A stretch of 64,000 nucleotides of DNA from Eledone cirrhosa (taxonomy: Eukaryota). The notes beneath the pieces were generated by a model. That model did not search any database. It was given only the letters and a program-made list of their open reading frames with translations, and was not told the origin of the DNA. This document shows positions 13,169 to 26,165 of this stretch, piece by piece (position 1 is the first letter of the stretch; every line of letters begins with the position of its first letter). The stretch spans positions 40,176,001 to 40,240,000 of the forward strand of contig OZ024753.1 in assembly GCA_964016885.1 (NCBI GenBank). The letters are read 5' to 3'. Position numbers and translations under genes: made by a program.

Positions 13169-13380
13169 GAGAAAGAGACATAAGTGCATTCTGTCTAACA
13201 TGACATTCTATTACACATAACACAGACACACACGCTTACAGACCCACTCTCTCTCTCACTCACATTTATCTTAGATCTGGCTACCTTATCTATTAATGTT
13301 TATCTGTCTTCATATGTATGTCTATCTATTTATCTACCTACCTATCTTCCTTCCTATCTATCTTTCTATCTATGTATCTA

Positions 13381-13411
<31 letters not shown>

Positions 13412-13414
13412 ATT

Positions 13415-13506
<92 letters not shown>

Positions 13507-13706
13507 TGTCTGTCTGTCTGACTAACACTCAGTCACTGAATCTTTCACAGACACTTTTTCTGAATATATTTCTCAAAGAGAGATATTAGCGGGAAAGAGA
13601 GCGAGAGCAAGGGAGAGTTGGGGAGAGTTAGGGAGTAGAGAGTGAGAGCTAAAGAGAGAGAGAGAGAGAGAGAGAGTAGAGAGGGCTAGACCGAGAGAGA
13701 GAAATT

Positions 13707-13754
<48 letters not shown>

Positions 13755-13756
13755 CA

Positions 13757-13888
13757 TACGTTATTCCAGGTTGAATCGGAGGTAACCACAATAAGTAAGG
13801 TACTCAATACATAGCAGAGTATAACAGTTTTAATATAGATGAGATTCTACAGGACTAGAACTGTTTCATTCTTTAGAAATCATCAGGA

Positions 13889-13891
<3 letters not shown>
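13757..13891 (-). mobile_element. Family C single-arm copy
   Basis: Near-identical to the reverse complement of about 26577-26705; TA flanks. Confidence 0.85.
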
Positions 13892-13939
<48 letters not shown>

Positions 13940-14014
13940 TGAGAGAGAGAAAACGAGCGAGCCAAAGAGTGTCAGGGAGTAGAAAACGAGAGAGAGAGAG
14001 AGAGAGAGTGGGAG

Positions 14015-14060
<46 letters not shown>

Positions 14061-14477
14061 TGAGAGAGTGAGAGAGAGAGAGAGAGATCTAGTAGAAAGA
14101 GAGAAAAGTAAAGTTAGAGACAGAGTGATAAAATGGCTAACAACCGTCAGAACGCACGTGTCTGTAGCGACTGGTAACCGGAGAACAATAGAGAGCTCCC
14201 AGCTCCCAGCAGTGATCTTGTCGCTGTCCTCACCTCCACCATCATTCAACACATAGGTCTTCCTGTTAGGGACCCCGCTTAGCAGACAGGCTGGCGTCAC
14301 TGGGACATGCATCAGCGAGTTGGTGGTGGAGAGAGTGTGAGGGGGGATGGTTAGGAGACGGGTAGGAAGAGTGGGGATGGGGTCTCATTTACAGCCTAGC
14401 CACATACATATGTTTAGGTGTAAGTGTATATATAAATACATATATATACGTATATATATGTATATATATATATATAA

Positions 14478-14510
<33 letters not shown>

Positions 14511-14656
14511 CGTATATATGTATTTATATATATGTATATATATGGGTGTGTGTGTAGGTATGTATGTGTGCATGTATAAACACACTAACATACAAGCCAC
14601 AGGTGGACCGAGTTGGCCCAGTCTCGCCTCTCCCTACCCCCCACCTTTCCATTCAT

Positions 14657-14693
<37 letters not shown>

Positions 14694-14819
14694 CTCTTTC
14701 CCCTCCTGGTGCACAGATCGTTTGGGAGGAGGTAGTTGTGGAGGGTGGATGTTGAGAGAGGGCCGGGAGAAATGACGCTGTAGGTTGTATGTTTGCGTAT
14801 GTCTGTCTATGTCTGTGAG

Positions 14820-14918
<99 letters not shown>

Positions 14919-15361
14919 CGGGTGGCTTAAGGAGGTATATATAATAAGTGAAGGAGACGGTGGTGATATTGACGACTGGAAAGATATGGAAGAAGGGGAA
15001 AAAAAAAGAGAAAGAAAAAGAAAACAAAGAATTAGAGAAGTGAAAGTAAAGAGAAAAAGGGCGAGGGAAAAATCTGGAATGATGGTGGGGGTCAAAGAGA
15101 AGGATGGGGGTAGACAGGGGTATCGGGGGAGGCTCAGCATATCACACAGCAGCTGGTAACACACAGTGGAGATGTATGTTCGTCTGTCTTGTATTCTGGT
15201 CTCTTATTTTGGGTGTATACGTATGTGTGTCTGTACATCAGCATATGTGTGTGTGAGTGTGTGAGTGTGTGTTAATGTATGTTTTTACAAGTATATATTT
15301 TACATTGTGGGGGCTATATACTTACACACACAGACATACAAACACACACACTCACACACAC

Positions 15362-15397
<36 letters not shown>

Positions 15398-15519
15398 TGT
15401 CTGCGGTGCTGAGATCAGGGAGACCACTTTCATGGAAGTACTCAATACATGGGAAAATGTAGAGAGGGTATATATTCCGACTTTGGTGCCGTCGTCGGGA
15501 TTTCACCTAGCTCTCACCC

Positions 15520-15596
<77 letters not shown>

Positions 15597-15783
15597 GATA
15601 GATAGAGATTGAACGTTGAGCTGATCGGTAGCGAAACGCGCGTTACCAACGAAAAAACGTAATGAAGGAGTAACCATTGGTTCTTGTTTTATTTTATTAC
15701 ACTCTGTCTAGCTCTACACCTCGACACTGACGCGAACCTAAACATCGTGTGAACCTACAGTTACTTCGTGTTACACTCCCTGG

Positions 15784-15814
<31 letters not shown>

Positions 15815-15884
15815 TACACATGCACACACACAGATATATATATATATATATATAATCAGTGAGAAATTTTGGTTATCGAGTTGA

Positions 15885-15964
15885 GCTCTGCTGAGGATCG
15901 GATTCCAACCGTGACCATCTCCACTGAAAGTTTTCGTGAAATAGTCTTCAAGACTATACAGAGC
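15885..15964 (+). ncRNA. Type I hammerhead ribozyme with a full-length stem III
   Basis: GCUCUG-CUGAGGA-[40-nt stem II region, CGGA/UUCG]-GAAA-UAGUCU(UCA)AGACUA-UA-CAGAGC. 6-bp stem I, 6-bp stem III, AUA triplet at 15956-15958. Confidence 0.75.
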
Positions 15965-16214
15965 ATTTGAAGTTTTTTCCAAATTGAAGGATGAGTATTT
16001 TAAACTTTATTTTATCATGAGTTAAGGCTCTATTGATTTTTCCATGGATTTCACTAAATTCTGTGGATGAATCTATATCCTGATTCTTTTTGAGTTGAGT
16101 TTGAATTATTTTTCACACATCTTACGTTAACTATTTTTCCCATTTTGACGCTATAGTCACTTATATATTATGGAATACTGCTGGCTTTTTGCTACAATAT
16201 TTTTTATACCTTTC

Positions 16215-16248
<34 letters not shown>

Positions 16249-16249
<1 letters not shown>

Positions 16250-16463
16250 CGATCAACTTTCGTCAAATCGGACCGAGAAAACAATGTTTCCGTCGGTCTT
16301 TCCATTTGCTAATACTATCTATTGGTCGCAACTCCAGGTAGAAGGAGCAACGTGAAATAAAGTGTCTTGCTCAAGGACATAACGCATCGCCTGGTCCGGG
16401 AATCGAACTCACAACCCCATGATTGTGAATCCAATTCTCTAACCACTCAGCCACACGCCTCCA
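16249..16463 (-). mobile_element. tRNA-derived SINE (family S2)
   Basis: Minus-strand head GGAGGCGTGTGGCTGAGTGGTTAGAG...GAGTTCGATTCCC, then CCTTGAGCAAGACACTTTATTTCACGTTGCTCC. Confidence 0.9.
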
Positions 16464-16919
16464 CATATATATATATGGTACGTTATTCTATCGGCCCGGG
16501 ATAATAAAAGGCAAATTTGACCTCGGTGAGATGTGGACTAAGAACCTAAGAACGTGATGGGCCGGAACACATACCTGAAATCATTTGTACGATACCGTTG
16601 CGGTTCCGTATGGCCAAAGGCTTCCTTAATAGTTCCTTAGTCAACGAGTATAGAGGTACTCCTTATACCTGCTATTAATGTTTATCCATTTCATCTGTTT
16701 TGGACACAGTGTGGCGCGCTAATGTGAAAAGAGATTGTAGAATGTGTGTTTACATACAGATATTGCTTTTGTTCACGATGGGCATCATATTCTCGCAGTG
16801 GATTTTCAGATCTTCAGCTACACAGTGATCACGGTGGATTGGCAGTATTGGTAGAGGGTCGGACGCCATGCTTTGACGCTTCAGATCTTCAGCTACACAG
16901 TGATCACATTATTATCTAT

Positions 16920-17092
16920 TTGGCAGTATCGGTAGAAGGTCGGACGCCATGCTTTGCAGCACGGTTACGTCCCTTTACGGACTGAGTTCAAATCTCACCA
17001 AGGTTAGCTTTGCCTTTCATCCTTACGGGGTCAATAAAATAAAGTACCAGTAATGCACTGAGTAATTGCTGGCCTTGTGCCAAAAGTAGAAT
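16920..17092 (+). mobile_element. S1 SINE, preceded by an isolated 5' head at 16832-16875
   Basis: Same head, core and tail as 3656-3871. Confidence 0.9.
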
Positions 17093-17923
17093 CAAATATC
17101 TATTGCTATTATTAGATTTAATCCAGGGGTCTCACATTCAAGGACTTAAATTGGCCGTTACATCGTGGTGGAGAGGCACAGCAGGTAACATGGAGATCAG
17201 GCGGGGCGGAACTTCCACTAGTTATGTTGTTAATCTGCAATACAGATGATAGGCTGCCATTTATTGCTTCATCAAAATAAATACACATATGATAGTACGA
17301 TATGTTAATTAGCACAAAATGTAAGGAGCTAAATTTTCCGTTTCAAATTTTCCTTAATTAGTCACGAAAATATATATATTTAATACATTAACAGAGAAAA
17401 CTTTCAGCAATACTCCGCCCGACTTCCGTCTCACTCAACAAACATTAGGATATACCTTAGTATAATCCCATTTATACGTTTGGGGTGCTAACTATACGTA
17501 TTTTGCGGATAGCCAGTTGTATTATTTTATATGAGACATAATTAAATACATCCCTCCTTCCAAACGATCGTTTCATTATAAGTTTTCTACAAGTTGGGAA
17601 AATAGTGTCCAGGTTATGTAGAAGCCTACACATAGTCTATAGGAATATATGCAGATGGGAACTTATAAATCATCAGTGGATGCCCAACAATATCGATATG
17701 AAAAAAAAACCCTATCGATATTAACATTCAGCGATGGTACCCATCAGTGTTAGAGTGACCGCCACATTTGAAATTCCAGCAGTCTCACAAAGAGAGATCT
17801 CACACCGTCACCAAGCGGGAAGGGGAGGTCATCGCAAAACATAAAAGGATAAAATAATATGCACGCAGGTCAATTAATTTTGTCAAGAATTTTAACCATG
17901 CGTGAAGATCATATATATATAAT

Positions 17924-18108
17924 AATTGTTTCTACTTTAGGCACAAGGCCAGCAATTACCCAGTGCATTACTGGTACTTTATTTTATCGACCCCGTAAGG
18001 ATGAAAGGCAAAGTCAACCTCGGCGGGATTTGAACTCAGATCGAAAAGGGACGTAACTATGCTGGAAAACATGGCGTCCGACCCTCTACCGATACTGCCA
18101 ATCCACCC
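17924..18108 (-). mobile_element. S1 SINE
   Basis: Reverse complement of the S1 consensus. Confidence 0.9.
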
Positions 18109-18154
<46 letters not shown>

Positions 18155-18169
18155 ATATATATATATAAT

Positions 18170-18425
18170 AATAAAAGGACGAACGGTTACTCCTTCATTA
18201 CGTTTATTGGCTGGTGACGCACGTTTCGCTACTAAACAGCTCAAGGTTCGATCTGTATCAATCTTGCCCGACTCTGGAATCAAAAGCTCGTCGGACGTCT
18301 GTGGTAGTAATGAGAGGATGTTGTTATATTACACTATGTCTAGCTCTACACCTCACCACTGACGTGAACCTAAACATCGAGTGCTCCCCCGGTGAACCTA
18401 CAGTAACTTCGCGTTACACTCCCTG
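18170..18425. mobile_element. Family B TA-flanked mini-element (other copies about 15608-15782 and 20670-20812)
   Basis: Shared blocks GAAACGYRCGTYACCA...AAACGTAATGAAGGAGTAACC and TTACACT..GTCTAGCTCTACACCTC...GTGAACCTACAG..TTACACTCCC. At 18170 the first block is inverted relative to the second. Confidence 0.8.
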
Positions 18426-18515
<90 letters not shown>

Positions 18516-18550
18516 TCACATGAATCAAAGTTCTGTTGAAACCATTTATT

Positions 18551-18596
18551 AGCTTACAATTGTTTCATCCAAACCGAGGTTTGGATTCTTCGGAGC
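18551..18596 (-). ncRNA. Minimal hammerhead motif with CCGAAGA (U4C) core
   Basis: Minus strand: GCU-CCGAAGA-AUCCAAACC(UC)GGUUUGGAU-GAAAC-AAUU-GUA-AGC. Perfect stem II, palindromic stem III. Confidence 0.7.
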
Positions 18597-18810
18597 ATTT
18601 TTCAATGTTTGTTTACATACATGACCTCCTTACCAACACAAGAGACATACAGTAATAAGGTAGTAATAAATTACTGTCTTTCACTGTTTAAGGTTTAAAA
18701 TATATATAACTATAAAAAGTATATACATAACCATAAATAGTATCACATAACCATAAACGTATATACATAACCATAAAAAGTATATACATAACCATAAATA
18801 GTATCCTTAA

Positions 18811-18872
<62 letters not shown>

Positions 18873-19729
18873 GTCCTAATAATTTAATTTAGTTATTATT
18901 GCACCAACGTGAGGTATATGATTTTTAATGCAATGAAATATCTATGATCGTTGGCAAATCACTGATGAGGGACTCATTTTATAACATGTTATCCATGTGC
19001 AACCTGCAGTTTTCTTCTCCCCACTTCTTCATATATATATATATATATATATATATACGTATAGGCAGTGTGACAAAACTAAGCATATGTTCGTATATAT
19101 ATATACGATGGTAAATAAAAATGTATCCGCACTTTGGCCAGAATATATAAAATGAGGGAAGGGGGGGGGGCAGATTATAATCCGTAGTAAACAATTTGTG
19201 TGGGTATCCAAATATGCCAACATTAGAAATTGGGAGAAAAAGGACACTATATACATAGAGAAGAAAGACACGTGGAGAATTCATGCTCGTCAGCTATCTA
19301 CTGGATCTTTTCGAGATTTCGCCTCTAGATATAATACTACTCTTCCCAGCATATCAAGAACTCTTGACAAGCAGAGAGATATTCCGGACATCAGTCAGAC
19401 ATACACATATACACACACACACATACGCACAATGGCATACATATATACATACGCACAATGGCATACATATATACATACGCACAATGGCATACAGAAACAC
19501 ACATATACATACATCCATACGCTCACTGACATATTTACATAAACACATACACACACACACACACAGAAACATACAACATACACACACTGATATATATATA
19601 TATACTCACATACACATAGACTTACATACATATATACTTACATACACATAGAGAGATACGCACAATGACACACATACATACACTCTCAGAAACATTCACA
19701 CACTGACACATACAATATACATATAAACT

Positions 19730-20065
19730 TTCACATACACATATATATACAGACAGAGGTACGCAAACTCACATACACAGAGACACACACACACACATAT
19801 ACACACAGAGATACGCAAACTCACATACACAGAGACACACACACATATACATACATACAGAGATACGCAAACTGACATACACAGAGACACTCACACATAT
19901 ACATACAGAGATACGCAAACAAAAACTCACATACACAGAGACACAAACACTTATACATACAGAGATACGCAAACTGACATACACAGAGACACACACACAC
20001 ATTACAGACAGAGATACGCAAACTGGCATACACACATACACACACACAGACACGCAGATACACAT
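19730..20065. repeat. ~45-bp minisatellite
   Basis: ACAGAGATACGCAAACTCACATACACAGAGACAC recurs about 6 times. Confidence 0.85.
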
Positions 20066-20818
20066 TCACACATATACACGTACAGCTGCATAGTTAGAGA
20101 AGCTAATACACATTACTTCTCTATGTTATTTCAATATCTAACCAACCCTCCACAGTCCCTGACTAAACAGTCGGAATTGGTAAACTTCCGTGTAATTTGA
20201 GGTGTTTCCTTCTTGTTTGTATAGCTAGTGAAATATGTATTTAATAAATTAATTCATTAATATTTCTGCTTAGTCTAAGATTTCTTCTATAGAAGTATAT
20301 TTTGGTAAGAGTATATCAATGTATATATATATATATATATATATATACAAGCATTATGAATATATAAACATATAGATATGCATACACATCACACACACGC
20401 ATGCATGGACACACGAGTGTATATAAATATATAAATATATGCGTGTGTGTGTGTGTGTGTGAATATATACACACACTAAATGTAAAATATATATTTGTTT
20501 ATGTTTAATTATGTAGACACACACATATATATATATAAAATTATGTATATAAAATATATATACATATATACATATATACATATATACCTTATATATACAT
20601 ACATACAGACATACACACACATACGCGCGCGCGCATACACACTCACACACACACACACATATATATATTTCTCTGATTACTACCACAGAGGTCCGACGAG
20701 CCATTCATTAAAGAGTCGGGCTAGATCGATACAGATCGAACCTTGAGCTGATCAATAGAGAAACGCACGTCACCAACCAATAAACGTAATGAAGGAGTAA
20801 CCATTCATCCTTTTTAAA

Positions 20819-20864
<46 letters not shown>

Positions 20865-20884
20865 TATATATATATATGTGTATG

Positions 20885-21162
20885 AATGAAATCAATCTCC
20901 CAAAAGTTAGCTCAAAAGTGACACAGAGGAGACTGAGGTTAGCTGGACATGCTCACCGACATCCAGAGTTGACATTGCACTTAGTTCTCCTGTGGGAGCC
21001 CCTACATGGACACACTGGAAGAGGAAGACCAAAGTTAACGTATGTTGATGCCCTAAGGACAGACACTGGTCTGTTGGAGACGCAGGACATGGCAGCGATA
21101 ATGAGGGACAGAGACCGCTGGAGAGAACTCGTCCATGGATCTCGGGAATTTTACCCGCCCTA

Positions 21163-21164
<2 letters not shown>
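20885..21164 (+). mobile_element. 5'-truncated RTE/RTE-X-type LINE, C-terminus of ORF with intact stop codon
   Basis: ORF 20876..21163 reads LPKVSSKVTQRRLRLAGHAHRH...LLWEPLHGHTGRGRPKLTYVDALRTDTG...MRDRDRWRELV. The RRLxxAGH, RGRP and DRxxWR motifs are typical of RTE-group C-termini. Both flanks are (TA)n. Confidence 0.85.
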
Positions 21165-21223
<59 letters not shown>

Positions 21224-21227
<4 letters not shown>

Positions 21228-21386
21228 GTATAATAAACAATACAATACGTCTTATTCGGGAAACCTCTGGTAATGAGGTAATTATATTGTATTGTTTATT
21301 ATACATTAAATTTAGCTCTGTAACTTACATAGAGCACTCTTCACTCCTATGGCTTTTTCAATTTCCAACGGAAACTTCAATACTTA
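21224..21386. mobile_element. Fold-back mini-element (24-bp arms plus tail) between TA runs
   Basis: TAATGTATAATAAACAATACAATA / TATTGTATTGTTTATTATACATTA. Confidence 0.6.
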
Positions 21387-21415
21387 TATATATATATATA
21401 TATTTTTTTTTAAAT

Positions 21416-21611
21416 GATCGACTTTTGTCAAATCGGACCGAGGGAACAATGTTTCCGTTGGTCTTTCCAATTGCTAATACTATCTGTCGGACGCAACTCC
21501 AGGTAGAAGGAGCAACGTGAAATAAAGTGTCTTGCTCAAGGACATAACGCATCGCCTGATCCAGGAATGGAACTCACAACCTTACGATTGCGAATCAGCC
21601 ACACGCCTTCA
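21416..21611 (-). mobile_element. S2 SINE
   Basis: Near-identical to 16249-16463 with a short deletion in the head. Confidence 0.9.
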
Positions 21612-21904
21612 CACTTATATATATATATATATATATATATAGTAACAATAATAAATTTGAAGACTAAAATCCAAAGAGGGCTCGATATATGTATATATGT
21701 TGGAAAGAAAAGAAACTGTTCGTTTTCCCTTGTTAAATCCTTCCACCTTTGAATCGTAAGAATTTTTTTTACAGATTTTGAAGGTTCCAAATATCGAAGC
21801 CATTGTTGCTAATGAACTGAGGTGCGGTGTTTCTTCACTACAAATGAAGGTTCCGCCAAACCTTGTTTCGGGCTGTTAGTATATATACTGTAGCTGCAAT
21901 AATA

Positions 21905-22066
21905 ATTATTTCTACTTTTGGCACAAGGCCAGCAATTACTGCAGTGTATTACTGGTACTTTATTGTATCGACCCCGTAAGGATGAAAGGCAAAGCTAACT
22001 TCGGCGTAACTCTATTCCATGAAACATTTCGTCCGATGCTCTACCTATACTGCCAATCCACCGCCC
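21905..22066 (-). mobile_element. S1 SINE with internal deletion
   Basis: Tail, core and head present; B-box region missing. Confidence 0.85.
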
Positions 22067-22067
22067 T

Positions 22068-22168
<101 letters not shown>

Positions 22169-22431
22169 ATAGCCAACTATAAAATTACGTACGACGCTGG
22201 ACAGAAATAGAATGAACTGTAACCACAGTGATTGAGATTACAACGAGAGTTTAGCAGCTGATAGAAATAACTAAAGACTGGAAATATATGTGTTGGCTTT
22301 GAGAGAGAGAGAGAGAGGGAGAGAGAGAGAGAGAGAGGGAGAGAGAAGAATAGAAAGTCAGAAAGTGTGTGTAGGAGAGAGAATGAGAACGATTGAGAGA
22401 GAGAGACGTAGATAGAGAGAGAGACGTAGCT

Positions 22432-22484
<53 letters not shown>

Positions 22485-22570
22485 TGGGTGATAAGAAATG
22501 GGAAAAGAAAGAGAGATAGAAAGTGTATTTGTGTGTGAGAGAGACAGAGATAGCTAGAGAGAGACAGAGA

Positions 22571-22670
<100 letters not shown>

Positions 22671-22676
22671 GAGAGA

Positions 22677-22747
<71 letters not shown>

Positions 22748-22782
22748 CTAGAGAGAGACAGAGGGACATATATATATGGAAA

Positions 22783-23091
22783 CTATATTTATAAAACCAT
22801 ATTTATTTCATTATACATATTTCAAGGACACCAAGTTAAATTATGGTGTGCCTTCATCAGATAAAATATAATATAGATCAGTTTTATAAATAAATATTGA
22901 CATACCCTTAAAGAATGCGACCATTTCTATCCGGGAGCTTCCAACAGAAATGGTCGCATTCTTTAAGGGTATGTCAATATTTATTTATAAAACTGATCAA
23001 TTTTATATTTTATCTGATGAAAGCACACCATAATTTAACTTGGTGTCCTTGAAATATGTATAATGAAATAAATATGGTTTTATAAATATAG
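22783..23091. mobile_element. Fold-back PLE-derived mini-element with two divergently oriented hammerheads (about 22804-22868 on -, 23006-23070 on +)
   Basis: Arms of ~146 bp (22783-22928 and 22946-23091) around a 17-nt spacer. Each arm has UAUUUUAU-CUGAUGA...GAAAU-AUGU-AUA-AUGAAAUA. Confidence 0.85.
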
Positions 23092-23134
23092 ATATATATA
23101 TATTAACAAATGGAAACTATATTTATAAAGCCAT

Positions 23135-23322
23135 AGGGCGGGGAATTGGCAGTATCGGTAGAGAGTCGGACGCCATGCTTTCCAGCATAGTTACGTCTCT
23201 TTACAGTCTGAGTTCAAATCCCGCCGAGGTTTACTTTGCCTTTCATCCTTACGGGGTCGATAAAATAAAGTACCAGTAATGCACTGGGTAATTGCTGGCC
23301 TTGTGCCTAAATTAGAAACAAT
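23135..23322 (+). mobile_element. S1 SINE
   Basis: Full head, core and tail. Confidence 0.9.
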
Positions 23323-23324
23323 TA

Positions 23325-23401
<77 letters not shown>

Positions 23402-23721
23402 GGAGAGAGAAGGTAGAATAGAAATGGGAAAAGAAAGAAAAGCAGGTAAAGGAAAGAGACATGGAGACCGGATCCACAGTGTTAATCACACACCTGTGAG
23501 CGGCATTTACGATTACGATGAGAGAAGCCCACACCTGTGCCCAAAAGAACTTCGCTGTTGTTTTTTTGGCAAGAGGAGAAGACTGAGTTTAATCCGAGTG
23601 GCGACAGTGTGTCGCCACTAGACGGCCACACCTGACTGACTGCTGTCCCGAAGAAAGGTGTACGGCTATGGGGAGGAGTTAGTTATTTGTTTATGTATAC
23701 ACGTGAGTTGGTGTGACTCTA

Positions 23722-23785
<64 letters not shown>

Positions 23786-23857
23786 CATAGATACACACAC
23801 ACACATATATATATATATATGTGTGTATATATATATATATATATACATATATATATA

Positions 23858-23908
<51 letters not shown>

Positions 23909-24117
23909 GTGTGTGTGTGTATATATGTGTGTATATATATGTGTGTGTGTGTATATGTATATGTGTGTGTATATATGTGTGAGTGTATGTGGGCGAGTGT
24001 GTGTATATATATATGTGTTTATATATATATGTTTATATATATATATGTGTGTGTGTTTGTATGTGTGTGTGTGTTTGTGTGTGCATTCATGTGTATATAT
24101 ATATATATATATATGTG

Positions 24118-24149
<32 letters not shown>

Positions 24150-24175
24150 TGTGTGCGTGTGCGTGTGTATATATA

Positions 24176-24215
<40 letters not shown>

Positions 24216-24229
24216 CACATGTGTGTGTG

Positions 24230-24269
<40 letters not shown>

Positions 24270-24299
24270 TATATACAAACACAGATTTAAACACATATT

Positions 24300-24332
<33 letters not shown>

Positions 24333-24492
24333 TGTGCGTGCGTATGTGTGTGTATATGTATAGTTGTGTCTGTATAGTTTCGCAGTTCACTTCGTAAATA
24401 CATGGTTTCAAGTTCAGTCCTACTCCAAGGTACCTGAAGTTTGTCTCTTTGTACAGACTCAAGATGATTAATATATGTATATATATATATAT

Positions 24493-24780
24493 AGGGTGTC
24501 CCCTAAAAATGTATAAACATATTTATTAGAAAGCTATTGAAATGTGTATATACTTTAGTAGTTTCGACCCTTACCACCGGTGTATATATATATGTGTGTG
24601 TACATGTCATTGCATAGAAATGACCAGGATTAAATTGTATTAAATTATTCAATTGATTGACAAACGTTTCAATCAAGGCAATTGGAATATTCATACCTGC
24701 TGTATTGATTACTTCAGAATCTATTAAATAATATTTATTGAATCTACTTAAAATCCATTTAATAGTGTTGAACACGTGTC
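24493..24780 (-). mobile_element. Possible Tc1/mariner right end
   Basis: TA-TAGGGTGTCCC resembles the CAGGGTGTCCC TIR; a minus-strand ORF ends ...LNNLIQFNPGHFY, like the transposase C-terminal GGHFE motif. Confidence 0.4.
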
Positions 24781-24787
24781 TAGATGA

Positions 24788-25280
24788 GAAGCTGTTCTTT
24801 AATGGTTACAGTCTCTGAACAATAACATCAATACTATTCACAGAAGCAAAGGGTTATCTCTACGTATTCACACGACTTGTTAGAGCTAGGAGCCAGATCT
24901 TCTTCGTATTTAATCGACTTCCAGTGCCCTCAATAGTGTTGGCATTGGGCATTGGGCATTGAGCATTGGGCATAAAATCAGAAACCATTCTTTAACGGTT
25001 ACAGTCAAAGGTTGAACAACAGCACCAATACCCTCGATAAAAGGAAATGGTTATCTCTAAGTAGTTACTCGACTTGCTATAGCTAGCAGCCAGATATTCC
25101 CCGTATTTAATCGACTTCCAATGGCCTCAATAGGGTTGTCCTTGGGCCTAAAATCAGAAACCATTCTTTAACGCTTGCAGTCAAAGGTTGAACAACAGCA
25201 CCAATACCATCGATAAAAGCAAATGGTTATCTCTAAGTAGTTACTCGACTCTCTATAGTTAGCAGCCAGATCTTCCCCCA
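24788..25280. repeat. About 2.7 tandem copies of a ~176-190-bp unit containing old SINE-like sequence
   Basis: GAAACCATTCTTTAACG at 24981 and 25157, with a diverged copy at 24788. Confidence 0.85.
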
Positions 25281-25712
25281 AATCACATCTTACTGTTTTG
25301 GAGAAAGAGACAATAGCTTCGATTAAACCAACATTGATTTACTTCCAAAAAATCAAGGAGTTCGTGAATAGATATCCTTTGGACATCAGAAGACAACCAA
25401 AGATACGATTGACCTGTGGCTAAAGAAAAAAAACCTAACTGCACCAGGGGCAATTATCACAGCAACACCAACACAAACACCAATAACATCAGTACTAATA
25501 CTGCCATTAGTAACACCATTGTACCACCTCCAGTATCAACAGTACTACCACCGCTACCCGAAGACTCACCACCACCACCACCACCACCACCACCACCACC
25601 ACCAGATATGAATCTCTACAACCATGACATGTTTATAATGAATACAGTAGCTGACTAGTCAATCCAAATTACCTTGAATATATATATACAATATATATAT
25701 ATATATATATAG

Positions 25713-25745
<33 letters not shown>

Positions 25746-25956
25746 TAGTGTGTGTCTGTGTGTATTGTGTTGTGTGTGTGGGTATCTGTATGCGTGTGTA
25801 TATACTTTCTACGAATGAAGAATGAACGTGGGAAAAATATTGTTTTGTTGTTGTTGTTGTTGTTGTCATGCATGTGCTCTTACTGACGTGGATAGACATC
25901 AATGTGTGGGTGTAAATATGTATGTGTTTATATATCAAACACACACGCACACACAC

Positions 25957-25986
<30 letters not shown>

Positions 25987-25991
<5 letters not shown>

Positions 25992-26165
25992 GGAGCTTCG
26001 AACAGAAATAGTGGGATTCTTTAAGGGTATGTCAATATTTATTTATAAAACTGCTCTATATTATATTTTATCTGATGAAAGCACACCATAATTTAACTTG
26101 GTGTCCTTGAAATATGTATAATGAAATACATATGGTTTTATAAATATAGTTTCAATTTGTTAATA
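25987..26165 (+). mobile_element. Single-arm copy of the 22783-23091 family, with hammerhead at 26064-26128
   Basis: Near-identical to 22929-23091 (ATCCGGGAGCTTC...TTTATAAATATAG); begins at a (TA)n tract. Confidence 0.85.

Noticed and set aside
16395-16463. tRNA genes at SINE heads
   Set aside because: A and B boxes are present but run directly into SINE bodies found in multiple copies; no clean cloverleaf.
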